Made by a program: the position numbers and the translations under genes. A stretch of DNA of 64,000 bases from Candidatus Wolfebacteria bacterium GW2011_GWB1_47_1. Lineage in GTDB: Bacteria; Patescibacteriota; Minisyncoccia; UBA6257; UBA9933. The notes beneath the pieces were generated by a model, which worked only from the letters and a program-made list of their open reading frames with translations, did not search any database and had not been told where the DNA came from. The stretch's first letter is position 1. Every line of letters begins with the position of its first letter. The DNA is taken from positions 414,866 to 478,865 of the forward strand of contig CP011209.1 of assembly GCA_001029635.1 (NCBI GenBank), in the 5' to 3' direction. Positions 10,216 through 19,223 of this stretch are shown piece after piece.

Positions 10216-10403
10216 ATGGTTAAGTATAGCAAATGTATTGCCTGCGCGCAGGGTTGATCTTCTTCAGAATAACGGTCGCTAGCCGTTTTACACGCCATAT
10301 AATCCCATGCAAAATTGCATAAAAAAGACGCCCGATTGACCTAACGGAAGGAGGCTAAAAAATTTGCAAAATTGATAAATTTCAGGCAATATTAGAAGCA
10401 TAT

Positions 10404-10475
10404 TGCCAGATCGTCTAATGGTAGGACAGCGGACTCTGAATCCGTCAATCTTGGTTCGAATCCAGGTCTGGCAGC
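10404..10475 (+). tRNA. tRNA-Gln (anticodon CTG)
   Basis: Cloverleaf: acceptor tgccaga/tctggca with U1-A72 and discriminator G73 (Gln identity elements). Anticodon stem cgga/tccg with loop cuCUGaa. T-loop TTCGAAT. Confidence 0.8.
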
Positions 10476-10483
10476 CCCGTAAA

Positions 10484-10558
10484 ATAACGCAAAATCAGCC
10501 CCTTCTGGGGCTGATTTTGCGTTATCACGGGGCAAGCCATTCGATGGGTTGCCCCGTG
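10484..10558 (+). terminator. Two tandem GC-rich hairpins immediately 3' of tRNA-Gln (terminator / possible att-region)
   Basis: Hairpin 1: ataacgcaaaatcagcccc-ttct-ggggctgattttgcgttat (10484-10524). Hairpin 2: cacggggcaagcc-attcgat-gggttgccccgtg (10526-10558). Confidence 0.5.
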
Positions 10559-10625
10559 ATATTTTACGAGGGCCACGTGACAAATTTCTTCGCAAATTTG
10601 TTTTACGTGGCGTATACTTATAAAA

Positions 10626-10880
10626 ATGTACTGGACTTATATTTTAGAAAATGAGGTAGATAAAAGTTGGTATATAGGTGCGACTTCTAATCTTGAAAAA
10701 CGTATCGAAGAACATCAGCGCGGACATGGTGGCGCAACTACGGGGATGAAAGTGGGTTGGAAACTTATTTATTGTGAAGGATATATAAATAAGGAAGATG
10801 CTTTTGGTAGGGAGAAATTCCTTAAAAGTGGTTCTGGTAGAAGATTTTTAAAGAAACAGTTAGCGTATTATTTGGCTTAA
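10626..10880 (+). CDS. GIY-YIG nuclease-domain small protein
   Basis: MYWTYILENEVDKSWYIGATSNLEKRIEEH..: GIY..YIG motifs with the conserved R and E. 84 aa. Confidence 0.75.
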   Translation: MYWTYILENEVDKSWYIGATSNLEKRIEEHQRGHGGATTGMKVGWKLIYCEGYINKEDAFGREKFLKSGSGRRFLKKQLAYYLA

Positions 10881-10997
10881 CTCGCGCACCTGATTCCCTT
10901 GCCCAACCCCTCTTTGGGGCGTATTATAAGTGAAATAAGAAGGGAATTAATAAGTGGGATTAAAGGCACTCTCAATCCCTTTAAGTCTTCAAGTGTG

Positions 10998-11834
10998 ATG
11001 CTTGAAATCGATATGGATATACTTAGTTCGACAGTTATTGTTATTGGAAATGGTTTTGATTTAAATCTGGGATTAAAGACGAGCTACCATGACTTTATGA
11101 AGAGTCGGTATTTTTTAGACCTACTTGTTACGGGTAATCGCCTGTGTATTTATTTAAAAAAACGCGAAAATCTTGATAATTGGGTAGATATTGAAAGTGC
11201 GCTAGTCCCTTTTTCATTGATGGAGGATTCTGTAAATTTTAAGAGTGAACTTGCTGTATTAAAGATAGCACTACGCAATTATCTAAATCATATTGATTAT
11301 GGGAATATAAATCGGAGGTCGCACGCTTATGAATTTGTTCGAGACGTGGGCATGAATGCCTCGATGATATTGAATTTTAATTATACGGATACAGTCGAAT
11401 TGATATTGCAGGAGCATGGATTGCATGCTGACTTATCTAAGGGTAAGGTGACCAAGGTTCACGGAACATTATCGAACGGTGCTGGGATAATACTTGGTGT
11501 TGAGGATAAGGCCGAGCATAGAACTGGGCATGCTTTCATTAAAAAATCTTCAGACGATTATTTCCCAGCTGTGAACGTGAGCGAATATCTTTTAGGTGCG
11601 AAATCCATCTATTTTTATGGGCATTCTTTGGGTAAGACAGATCACATGTATTTCGAAAGATTTTTTAATTCAGTAAGCGCTGCAGCTGAACCTAAAAAAG
11701 AACGCATGATTACAATGTCCTACTTAAAATCTGCTGGGAATGCTGACATGATGGAACAATTAAATAAATTAACTTCAAACAATGTGCTCATTCTTAAACA
11801 GGAAAATATTTTTATACCTCTTCCATTAGAATAA
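10998..11834 (+). CDS. AbiH-family abortive-infection protein
   Basis: The N-terminal motif VIVIGNGFDLNLGLKTSYHDF matches the AbiH signature (IGNGFDL..GL.TSY.DF). The start is ATG 10998 or 11013; the upstream part of the ORF-track call is probably untranslated. Confidence 0.7.
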   Translation: MLEIDMDILSSTVIVIGNGFDLNLGLKTSYHDFMKSRYFLDLLVTGNRLCIYLKKRENLDNWVDIESALVPFSLMEDSVNFKSELAVLKIALRNYLNHIDYGNINRRSHAYEFVRDVGMNASMILNFNYTDTVELILQEHGLHADLSKGKVTKVHGTLSNGAGIILGVEDKAEHRTGHAFIKKSSDDYFPAVNVSEYLLGAKSIYFYGHSLGKTDHMYFERFFNSVSAAAEPKKERMITMSYLKSAGNADMMEQLNKLTSNNVLILKQENIFIPLPLE

Positions 11835-11879
11835 CCCGGCATTAAAGAGGTTAGACATCTTTGGTTTTTTGAAACAATT

Positions 11880-12980
11880 ATGGCAAACAATAATCTTGCT
11901 AACGCAAAAAGGGCAAAGAATGACGAGTTTTATACGCAGTATCATGACATTGAGAAAGAAATCACTGCCTACTTTGAATACAACCCCGATGTCTTTCGGG
12001 GTAAAACAGTGCTGTTGCCTTGTGATGATCCAGAATGGAGCAACTTTACCAAGTTTTTTGCGCAAAATTTCCAGAAATTTGGACTCAAAAAACTTATTAG
12101 CACGAGCTATGCTACAGATAGTAAGAACGTTAAAAGTGACTACCAGCCAACTCGATTCGAAACCAGCGATCCGCAATACGACGAAAACAAAACTGCCAGA
12201 AACGGCAAGATTTTTACCTTATCTCACGACAAAACCGGCAACGGAAAGATAGATGTTAATGACTTAGAATGGCATTATCTAGACGGAGACGGCGATTTTA
12301 AAAGCGATGAGATCAAAGCATTACGCGATGAAGCCGACATTGTTATTACGAATCCTCCTTTTTCGCTTTTTCGTGATTTTTTAATGTGGATTATGGAGGC
12401 TAATAAGCGGTTCGTGATCATTGGTAATATGAATGCAATTACCTATAAAGAAGTGTTCGCGTTACTCAAAGAGGATCACATTTGGTTAGGTAATGGTTTT
12501 CATGCCGGCAACGCTTATTTTGCCACGCCTTTTGCCAGAGAATATGCAGGAGGAGTATATGATTCCGAAACCGGTTTAGTGAAATTCAGAAATGTTTGTT
12601 GGTTTACAAATCTTGACCATGGGCGACGCCATCAATTGTTGCCGCTTATGACCATGGAAGATAATTTAAAGTACAGCAAACACAAAGAGATTAAAGGCAA
12701 AGACTCGTATGATCGGTATGATAATTATAACGCTATAGAGGTTCCATTTACCGACGCTATCCCGAGTGATTATGATGGAGTGATGGGGGTGCCGATCAGT
12801 TTTCTCGATAAATATTCCCCTGAGCAGTTTGCGATTTTAGGAAGTGACTACAACATTAAAGAAGGACTATTGCCCGAATTAGTTAACCCGATGTGGAAAG
12901 GTAAGGTAGATAGGGGATATATAAATAATGAAAGGCGTTATAGTCGAATATTTATTAGACATAAGAAAAGTAAAATATAA
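11880..12980 (+). CDS. N6-adenine DNA methyltransferase, M.EcoRI family
   Basis: N-terminus [44 protein letters not shown] matches the characteristic M.EcoRI N-terminal signature. Catalytic motif IV: ITNPPF. Confidence 0.8.
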   Translation: MANNNLANAKRAKNDEFYTQYHDIEKEITAYFEYNPDVFRGKTVLLPCDDPEWSNFTKFFAQNFQKFGLKKLISTSYATDSKNVKSDYQPTRFETSDPQYDENKTARNGKIFTLSHDKTGNGKIDVNDLEWHYLDGDGDFKSDEIKALRDEADIVITNPPFSLFRDFLMWIMEANKRFVIIGNMNAITYKEVFALLKEDHIWLGNGFHAGNAYFATPFAREYAGGVYDSETGLVKFRNVCWFTNLDHGRRHQLLPLMTMEDNLKYSKHKEIKGKDSYDRYDNYNAIEVPFTDAIPSDYDGVMGVPISFLDKYSPEQFAILGSDYNIKEGLLPELVNPMWKGKVDRGYINNERRYSRIFIRHKKSKI

Positions 12981-14143
12981 TGAAAACAACCCTAAAAACT
13001 GACATTACCGTTAAAGATATCTGCGAAGGATTTGTCTACAATGAACTCGAAGGCAAGGGGCTATTTGGCTTATCTGGCAAGCTCACTATTCAGCCGGAAT
13101 ATCAGCGTAATTATATCTACGCCGATGGTAAAAGAGATGTTGCTGTTATTGAGTCAATTCTCAAAGGCTATCCGCTCGGATTGATTTATTTCAACAAAAC
13201 CAGCGACGATGTGCTGGAAGTTTTGGACGGGCAACAGCGTATCACCAGTATTGGTCGGTTTGTTACTAACAAGTTTGCTGTAAAAGATGAAAATGGCATG
13301 GAACAATATTTTAGTGGCATCGCAGCTGATAAACAGACCCAAATTATGAACGCAACGCTACTAGTCTACGAGTGCGAGGGCAAAGAGAGCGAGATAAAAG
13401 AGTGGTTTAAGACAATCAATATCGCCGGTGTCCCGCTTAATAATCAGGAATTGCTCAACGCCGTATATTCGGGCCCATTTGTAACGCTTGGTAAAGAAGA
13501 GTTCAGTAATAGTCAAAACTCCAATATTCAAAAATGGAGTGCGTATGTATCGGGTAGTGCTAATCGGCAGGAGTTTTTGGAACGGGCATTGGACTGGGTA
13601 AGTAAAGGCAATATCGGTGATTACATGAGTCGCCACCGCAAAGATAAAAATATTACCGAACTAAAAACTTATTTTAATAGCGTGATCGATTGGGTTTCCG
13701 CTGTATTTACGGACGTAGAGAGTGAAATGCGCGGACTGGAGTGGGGGCGACTGTATGAAGAATATCATAATAAGGCATATAATCCTTCCAGGGTGTCGGC
13801 AGAAGTGCAGAGGCTCTATGGTGACCCATATATCAAAAACCGCAAAGGTATTTTTGAATTTATCTTAGGAGGTTCTGCCGATACAAAATTGCTTGAGGTT
13901 AGAGTTTTTGATGACGCAACCAAAAAATCAGTATACAAAGAACAAGCTACGAAAGCTGAAAAGAAAAAAGAATCGAATTGCCCACTGTGCGCTTTAGGGC
14001 ACGACGTCAACAAGGGTAAAATGTGGAAGTTGGAAGAAATGGACGCCGACCATGTCACAGCGTGGAGTAAAGGTGGGGCGACTTCTGCTAAAAATTGCCA
14101 GATGCTGTGTAAAACACATAACCGAGCAAAAGGAAATCGGTAA
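12980..14143 (+). CDS. DUF262 (ParB/Srx-like, GmrS-type) N-terminal domain fused to a C-terminal HNH endonuclease
   Basis: DGQQR motif ([14 protein letters not shown]). C-terminal HNH: [42 protein letters not shown]. The start overlaps the methyltransferase stop (ATGA), implying translational coupling. Confidence 0.8.
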   Translation: MKTTLKTDITVKDICEGFVYNELEGKGLFGLSGKLTIQPEYQRNYIYADGKRDVAVIESILKGYPLGLIYFNKTSDDVLEVLDGQQRITSIGRFVTNKFAVKDENGMEQYFSGIAADKQTQIMNATLLVYECEGKESEIKEWFKTINIAGVPLNNQELLNAVYSGPFVTLGKEEFSNSQNSNIQKWSAYVSGSANRQEFLERALDWVSKGNIGDYMSRHRKDKNITELKTYFNSVIDWVSAVFTDVESEMRGLEWGRLYEEYHNKAYNPSRVSAEVQRLYGDPYIKNRKGIFEFILGGSADTKLLEVRVFDDATKKSVYKEQATKAEKKKESNCPLCALGHDVNKGKMWKLEEMDADHVTAWSKGGATSAKNCQMLCKTHNRAKGNR

Positions 14144-14190
14144 TAGAACCAACGGTTTTAAAGGTATCTGACCTATTTAATTTGCATCGA

Positions 14191-14232
14191 CTAAATCCAA
14201 ACCACCCGCATGTGCGGGTGGTTTGGATTTAG
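14191..14232. terminator. Bidirectional terminator hairpin
   Basis: ctaaatccaaaccacccgca-tg-tgcgggtggtttggatttag: 19-bp perfect stem between convergent genes. Confidence 0.65.
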
Positions 14233-14783
14233 TTGATTTTAATGAGTTCCACATCGAATATTAGGGTCGCCTTTGGTGGGATCGGGCCGTATCCTGCTTC
14301 GCCGTACGCGAGTGTGTAGGGGATGGTTAGTCTACGCTGTTCGCCGACTTTCATGCCGGTAACGCCCATGTCCCATCCTTTGATGACCATGCCGGCCCCA
14401 AGCTTGAATGAGAAGGGGGTTCCTCTATCAAGACTCGAATCGAACTTGGTGCCATCTTCCAAAATTCCCGTATAGTGGACTGCGACGGTGTCGCCGTTTT
14501 TTGCTTCGACTCCTGTGCCTTCCTTAAGCATTTCTTTCTTTATTGTATTTGGTCCAAGTATTGTCATGAGCTGCAATGTTTGCTTTGTGGGATTATTTGT
14601 TGTTGCGGGGGCTTCTTCTTGTTGTAGTGTAGTTGCAGGTAGTTGCTCCTGCGGTGGCGTGGTCGGCTGTTGTTTGGTATTCTTGTTTGTTTTGAAATAT
14701 TCGAACGAGAATAGTAGAGCAATGGTGATTATTAGCGCAGTAATAATCGGTATGACAATTTTTTTATTCATGTATGTAATCAT
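14229..14783 (-). CDS. FKBP-type peptidyl-prolyl cis-trans isomerase, membrane anchored
   Basis: C-terminal FKBP domain (GDTVAVHYTGILEDGTKFDSSLDRGTPFSFKLGAGMVIKGWDMGVTGMKVGEQRRLTIP..LIFDVELI). N-terminal TM helix plus low-complexity linker. Confidence 0.85.
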   Translation of the reverse strand: MITYMNKKIVIPIITALIITIALLFSFEYFKTNKNTKQQPTTPPQEQLPATTLQQEEAPATTNNPTKQTLQLMTILGPNTIKKEMLKEGTGVEAKNGDTVAVHYTGILEDGTKFDSSLDRGTPFSFKLGAGMVIKGWDMGVTGMKVGEQRRLTIPYTLAYGEAGYGPIPPKATLIFDVELIKIN

Positions 14784-14889
14784 ACAAAAGGATTGGGGAA
14801 AATGGAATATTGCCTTTAAAGGGGTAGGTACCTTTAAATTTAAAATAAGGATGTCTTTATGGTATCCTTATTTAATTATTGGCACTGCT

Positions 14890-15552
14890 ATGAATATCGA
14901 AAAACAATATGATGTTGATGGGTTGGTAAGGGGATATGTCGATGGAAGTCTGGAGAATGAGCAGAACGACCTTGGTCGTCAGTTTTTGAGGGAGCGAGTG
15001 GATATATTCGATCGATCCTCTTCTTTATTGGATATTGGCTGCGGAAATGGCATGGATCTTAAGGTATATGCAGGTATGGGTTTTACGCATTTATATGGCG
15101 TTGATCCATCGGAGAATTTTTTGCAGGAAGCGCGCGAGCTGCTTAATGGTAAGATTAAACTTTCCGAAGGGGTCTTTGAGCAACTACCTTTCGAGAACGA
15201 GATGTTTGATGTAGTTGTTTCCCGACATGCGTTGCATTATTCGCATAATCTTACTCGCGCTGCGATAGAGGTTGCACGTGTACTGAAGTCAGGGGGCGCG
15301 TTCATAGTCGTTATAAGCCATCCATTCGCCGACGCACTGTTGCCTAGGGACGAGGAGGGGAATGTGACGGCGACTTTATTTAATGGAGCTGTCTCGATAA
15401 TATTTCCGCAGCATGCACTGAGTGATCTGTTCTCGGCGTCGTTCCTTGATTTGTTTGAGCTCGACCTGCTCTATGAATATGTCGGGAACGAGCGGGATGG
15501 GGCTGTTGCTGAAATTCCCAATACACTTGCCTTTATTGCAATTAAAAAATAA
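14890..15552 (+). CDS. Class I SAM-dependent methyltransferase (Methyltransf_11-like)
   Basis: Motif I LLDIGCGNGMDL. Post-I acidic residue. ..FDVVVSRHALHY... Start chosen at ATG 14890; the upstream ORF-track extension is antisense to the FKBP gene and probably spurious. Confidence 0.7.
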   Translation: MNIEKQYDVDGLVRGYVDGSLENEQNDLGRQFLRERVDIFDRSSSLLDIGCGNGMDLKVYAGMGFTHLYGVDPSENFLQEARELLNGKIKLSEGVFEQLPFENEMFDVVVSRHALHYSHNLTRAAIEVARVLKSGGAFIVVISHPFADALLPRDEEGNVTATLFNGAVSIIFPQHALSDLFSASFLDLFELDLLYEYVGNERDGAVAEIPNTLAFIAIKK

Positions 15553-15556
15553 TATC

Positions 15557-16009
15557 ATGTCTGAAATTACATTCCATAAAGCAACACTCGATGATGTTGA
15601 CGCATATCTTGCGATCGAGCAGAAGGTTATTCATCTTCGGATGTATTCGGGTATTTCGGATAGAGAAGAGGCTCGGGAGGACTTTGCAACCAATGAGGTG
15701 TATTTGATTAAGAAGGATGGGGTTGTTATCGGGAGTACCGAGTACCAGATACAAGAAGGTGGTATCGTGTATATGAGCGGGTTAGTGATCGATCCGGATT
15801 TTCAGGGGCTTGGTATCGCGCGTAAGGCCATTGAATTCAGGCTTTCTCTGGTAGGCGATGCGAAGCGCATGTACGTGGTTACACATCCCCATAACAGCAA
15901 GGTTATTGGCATGTATCTTTCGTATGGCTTTATGATTGAATCTTGGAAGGATGATTACTATGGTGATGGGGAGCCGCGATTGATTCTTGTATTTGATCGA
16001 TCAAAATAA
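15557..16009 (+). CDS. GNAT family N-acetyltransferase
   Basis: GNAT core ..GGIVYMSGLVIDPDFQGLGIARKAIEF... Start at ATG 15557 (MSEITFHKATLDD). Confidence 0.7.
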   Translation: MSEITFHKATLDDVDAYLAIEQKVIHLRMYSGISDREEAREDFATNEVYLIKKDGVVIGSTEYQIQEGGIVYMSGLVIDPDFQGLGIARKAIEFRLSLVGDAKRMYVVTHPHNSKVIGMYLSYGFMIESWKDDYYGDGEPRLILVFDRSK

Positions 16010-16013
16010 AAAA

Positions 16014-16037
16014 AGCCCGGAGAGAAATCTCCGGGCT
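16014..16037. terminator. Bidirectional terminator hairpin
   Basis: agcccggagagaaatctccgggct, preceded by an A-run and followed on the other strand by a T-run. Confidence 0.6.
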
Positions 16038-16073
16038 CGAATGCTCGTTGTCGAGTGCTACCATCGCGGCGCG

Positions 16074-16382
16074 TCAGATGATGATGCTTTTGCCGCTGTC
16101 GGCAGGACTGCTGCGTGCTGCGATCGCAGGGCGGTCTTCGACGAACGTGTAGATCGTGAAGGTTACCGGCGAAGAAGGAATCGTGTATTGGAAGGGGCTG
16201 CTGCGTGCTGCGATGGCGACGGACAGGGAGAGTGGCTGTATATCGATGTTTGCCTGTGCGTCCGCCGTTGGGGCGGTGGCGACGAGCTTGTCGTCGATCG
16301 TTCTCATCGTTGTGCTATCCACTCCGATCCTAATGGCGAGTAGGGCGAACAGAACGACGAGAAAACCCATTAAACGTCTCAC
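16074..16382 (-). CDS. Small secreted/membrane-anchored protein with an internal AIAARSSP repeat (hypothetical)
   Basis: GGAGG RBS 5 nt upstream of GTG 16382. N-terminal hydrophobic signal (MRRLMGFLVVLFALLAIRIG). The AIAARSSP motif occurs twice, mirrored by a DNA direct repeat (gctgctgcgtgctgcgat) at about 16103 and 16199. Confidence 0.35.
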   Translation of the reverse strand: MRRLMGFLVVLFALLAIRIGVDSTTMRTIDDKLVATAPTADAQANIDIQPLSLSVAIAARSSPFQYTIPSSPVTFTIYTFVEDRPAIAARSSPADSGKSIII

Positions 16383-16612
16383 AAGTACCTCCTTTACTAA
16401 AGAGATGTGACACATCGCGCTCAATGCAACCTCCTTTTGTCTCGCATAGCGGTGAGCAACCGTTATACGACGTGATAAGGTGCAGATGATCAAGAAGTGA
16501 TCGTGCATCTAGTATAGTGGTATGACGCCAGGGGAGTCAATGGGGGGCTGTGGAATATTTGGGCTATTCCCTATATGATTAATAGGAACTCATTTATTTA
16601 GTTTTTTATAAT

Positions 16613-16810
16613 ATGGAATATTCATCTATGTATAAGAAAGGAAATACAAAGGGAATGTGCAATGGCGTGTACGGATTCGCCGTGCTTGGCGCAGCAGTTT
16701 ATTTCATTCAACACGCAACGACATTTTGGATGGGAATTTTTGGTATCGGCAAGGCGATCTTTTGGCCTGCTATGGTTATGTATAAGGTTTTGGGCATGCT
16801 TGGTATGTAA
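16613..16810 (+). CDS. Small hydrophobic membrane protein (hypothetical)
   Basis: 65 aa with two predicted TM helices, followed directly by a strong terminator. Confidence 0.35.
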   Translation: MEYSSMYKKGNTKGMCNGVYGFAVLGAAVYFIQHATTFWMGIFGIGKAIFWPAMVMYKVLGMLGM

Positions 16811-16843
16811 GAAAAATCCCCCCCCGCGCGGGGGGATTTTTCT
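16811..16843. terminator. Bidirectional terminator hairpin
   Basis: gaaaaatcccccccc-gcgc-ggggggatttttc. Confidence 0.65.
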
Positions 16844-17298
16844 TACCATATTTCGATGACCTTGAATTCACGCTCTTTTGAGCCGATCATGCCTTTTATT
16901 TGCTGACCAATGCCCTTTCCGAGGAACAGCGCGCCCAGGGGCGATGCGTATGAGATGGTATTTTTAGTGAAGGTGATATGACTCCCAATCTGAAATGTTT
17001 GTATACTATTTGTTTCCAGATCCCGCACCGTTACGGTGTGTCCGATTGCGACAGTTATGACATTTTTAGGCAAGGGGATAATTGTCGCATTTTTGCGAAT
17101 ATGCTCAAGATCTTGGAGTCGTTGCCCTAATAGTCGAGCTTGTTGTTGTGCGTTTTCGAACCCGAAATTATCGTGCCATGTTTCGGACGATTGCGTTACG
17201 GCGGTACGTAGTTCGGTACCTACTTTCCTCAACTTCTCGATCGTTTCTTGAATGCGTGCTTCTAAGACAGCCATATCCTTTTCCAGAAAATAACCCAT
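16843..17298 (-). CDS. greA: Transcription elongation factor GreA
   Basis: Coiled-coil N-terminal domain plus C-terminal FKBP-like domain with ..ISYASPLGALFLGKGIGQ... Confidence 0.9.
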   Translation of the reverse strand: MGYFLEKDMAVLEARIQETIEKLRKVGTELRTAVTQSSETWHDNFGFENAQQQARLLGQRLQDLEHIRKNATIIPLPKNVITVAIGHTVTVRDLETNSIQTFQIGSHITFTKNTISYASPLGALFLGKGIGQQIKGMIGSKEREFKVIEIW

Positions 17299-17463
17299 AT
17301 TATTAGTATAACGGGATTAGGTAGATTTTGTATTGAAGATTTGTATATACGCGACGCTTCGTCGGTGCCGTGGAAGATATGCCGCCACCGACGCTCCGGC
17401 GTGTTGCACGCTCTTCCGCTCTCCGAGTAAACGAATGGAGAGCGTTTCGCTAGCAACGCCTAG

Positions 17464-17490
17464 TTAAAAAAGAGGCAGCCGAAGCTGCCC
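17464..17490 (-). terminator. Terminator for the 3D-domain gene
   Basis: ggcagccgaagctgcc hairpin, followed on the minus strand by TCTTTTTT. Confidence 0.5.
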
Positions 17491-17520
17491 CAATGGGTGT
17501 GGACGAACATGCTGTTTGTC

Positions 17521-18039
17521 CTATACATTCCTACCGACACGGTTGATACGGTACATCTTTACCATGTGCCCTTTTCCTCGTCCCCAAGACTGAGCAATTT
17601 TCCTTCCTGTATCGCCTTCACCTACGAATAGGTCAAAGCGACGTGGGCCTTTGATTGCGCTTCCCTTGTCCTCGACGGTCCAGATGCCACGATCTTTTCC
17701 GTCGATGAATATATGAAACTGTGTTCCTATGGAGTGGTATCGTAGGTCGGCCGCGAGATGGCCGATCCGCACCTTCTTCCCTGAGTAGGTTGTTCCCGTA
17801 CCGTTGAGACGAATATCTCCGCGATATGAGCCCGTCGCATATCTACTTTGCCCGCGGACTGTTTTATAGTAGCAGGTGGTGATCGCAATGAGCGGGCTGG
17901 CCTTGTATGCCTTTTGGATAGGCTTACCGGTTGGCCGAGGATTTAAAACGCTGGGTGGGATTGAAGCATGACTTACCGTGTCGGCGGAGCAAAAAAATGT
18001 CAGCAGTACCAGAATAATGATGGTGTTTAGTGCTCTCAA
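17521..18039 (-). CDS. Secreted 3D-domain (RlpA/MltA-like double-psi beta-barrel) protein
   Basis: Signal peptide. C-terminal ..TYSGKKVRIGHLAADLRYHSIGTQFHIFIDGKDRGIWTVEDKGSAIKGPRRFDLFV.. matches the 3D-domain pattern (TASG..G.iAaD.....G....y.veDtG.aIkG..iDlf). Confidence 0.6.
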   Translation of the reverse strand: MRALNTIIILVLLTFFCSADTVSHASIPPSVLNPRPTGKPIQKAYKASPLIAITTCYYKTVRGQSRYATGSYRGDIRLNGTGTTYSGKKVRIGHLAADLRYHSIGTQFHIFIDGKDRGIWTVEDKGSAIKGPRRFDLFVGEGDTGRKIAQSWGRGKGHMVKMYRINRVGRNV

Positions 18040-18254
18040 ATCTTTGTTCCTCCTTGTGCTGTATATATATTTTTAATGTGCCGTATATAAATGCCGTCAT
18101 GTATTATGGCGGCACCTCATTCGATTCACTTGGCACGCCGAGGATGGCATCCGCTACGTGGTCACGATCGTCGAATGTAAAAAACAAAAACGGCCCTTGG
18201 GGAGCTGTTTTTGTTATTGAATCTACTATAACACACTGTATTTTTTTGTCAATA

Positions 18255-19181
18255 TCACTCACATGCGGTGCGTTTTGTGTGCATTTTTAAAGGCTTTTTG
18301 CCTTCAATCTGGATTTCCTTGATAATTAAGGTGTTTTCCATGGATACATCGGCTTCGAGGAGCTTTATGCGCTTTTCTTTGCCAAAGTGCATATTACACA
18401 GAGATGATGCTATGGTCCAAGTACCCGGCTCGGGGTTTAGGGCGCGGATTTTGCGTTCGATAGTTTTGGCTATTTCTCCACCTTCTATCTGTGCCCGCTC
18501 AATGTCGTGGATGTCTATGAACCCATCGTCCGTCGTAAACTTCTTCGTAAAGGTAGCCTTGGTATGGTCCTGTTCTTGTGGGGTAATTGTGCCCGAGAGA
18601 AAATTGGGAAGAACCGCCGCAATAAGTTCACCACTGATTTCGGAAAGTTTTTTCGCGAGCATCGTGTAATTCATTGTGCCAATCTGTACTGTCTCCTGCG
18701 CGATGATCGGGCCGTGGTCCATCTTTTCGTCGATGAGAAACAATGTCGTTCCGGTGATGTCCGTTCCTTCAAGTAGCGTTGTCTGCATCGGTGATGCTCC
18801 GCGGTAAGTTGGGAGGAGTGATGGATGCACGCCAATCGTGCCGTGCTTTGGTATATCGAGAATGTCTTTTTTGATCAGCTTTGCAAATGCCGCTACCACA
18901 AATACGTCCGGGTTGAATGATTTTAATTGTTCTATAAATTCTGCACCGAGTACTTCCGGTTGCAGGATTGTGATGTTGATAGTCGGGTCTTGTAACTGGT
19001 GCTCCAAGATGAGCAGTTTTACCGCCGGGGGGGTGAGCAGTTTTTTACGCCCGACCGGCCTATCTGGATTACAGACAACTGCTTTAGGGGTTATACCCCT
19101 GTTGAGTAGCTTTTCCAATACGTCCGAGGCAAATTCCGGTGTTCCAAAAAATATAAAGTTTGGCTGAGAGCCGTTTTCCAT
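18255..19181 (-). CDS. fmt: Methionyl-tRNA formyltransferase
   Basis: N-terminal IFFGTPEFA. Formyltransferase core ..HGTIGVHPSLLPTYRGASPMQTTLLEG.. plus C-terminal domain. Confidence 0.9.
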   Translation of the reverse strand: MENGSQPNFIFFGTPEFASDVLEKLLNRGITPKAVVCNPDRPVGRKKLLTPPAVKLLILEHQLQDPTINITILQPEVLGAEFIEQLKSFNPDVFVVAAFAKLIKKDILDIPKHGTIGVHPSLLPTYRGASPMQTTLLEGTDITGTTLFLIDEKMDHGPIIAQETVQIGTMNYTMLAKKLSEISGELIAAVLPNFLSGTITPQEQDHTKATFTKKFTTDDGFIDIHDIERAQIEGGEIAKTIERKIRALNPEPGTWTIASSLCNMHFGKEKRIKLLEADVSMENTLIIKEIQIEGKKPLKMHTKRTACE

Positions 19182-19223
19182 AAAAGCGTTCTTTTTCTGT
19201 TTAGTATGTGCTACGATTATAGC

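Noticed and set aside
14150-14232. Possible direct repeat of the tRNA-Gln 3' end marking the right border of the defence islet
   Set aside because: There is only weak similarity (cgactaaatccaaacc against cgaatccaggtc), no exact match of 10 nt or more, and the segment is fully explained as a terminator hairpin.
14488-14889. N-terminal 134 residues of ORF-track call 14488..15552
   Set aside because: This part runs antisense to the FKBP gene and is Cys/Gly-rich low complexity. The methyltransferase domain starts at Met 14890.
16074-16508. Longer ORF-track versions on both strands at 15987-16508 (118 aa plus, 144 aa minus, 84 aa plus)
   Set aside because: They are mutually overlapping Arg/Cys-rich ORFs in a GC-rich repeat region. 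Only the signal-peptide reading with a GGAGG RBS is kept, at low confidence.
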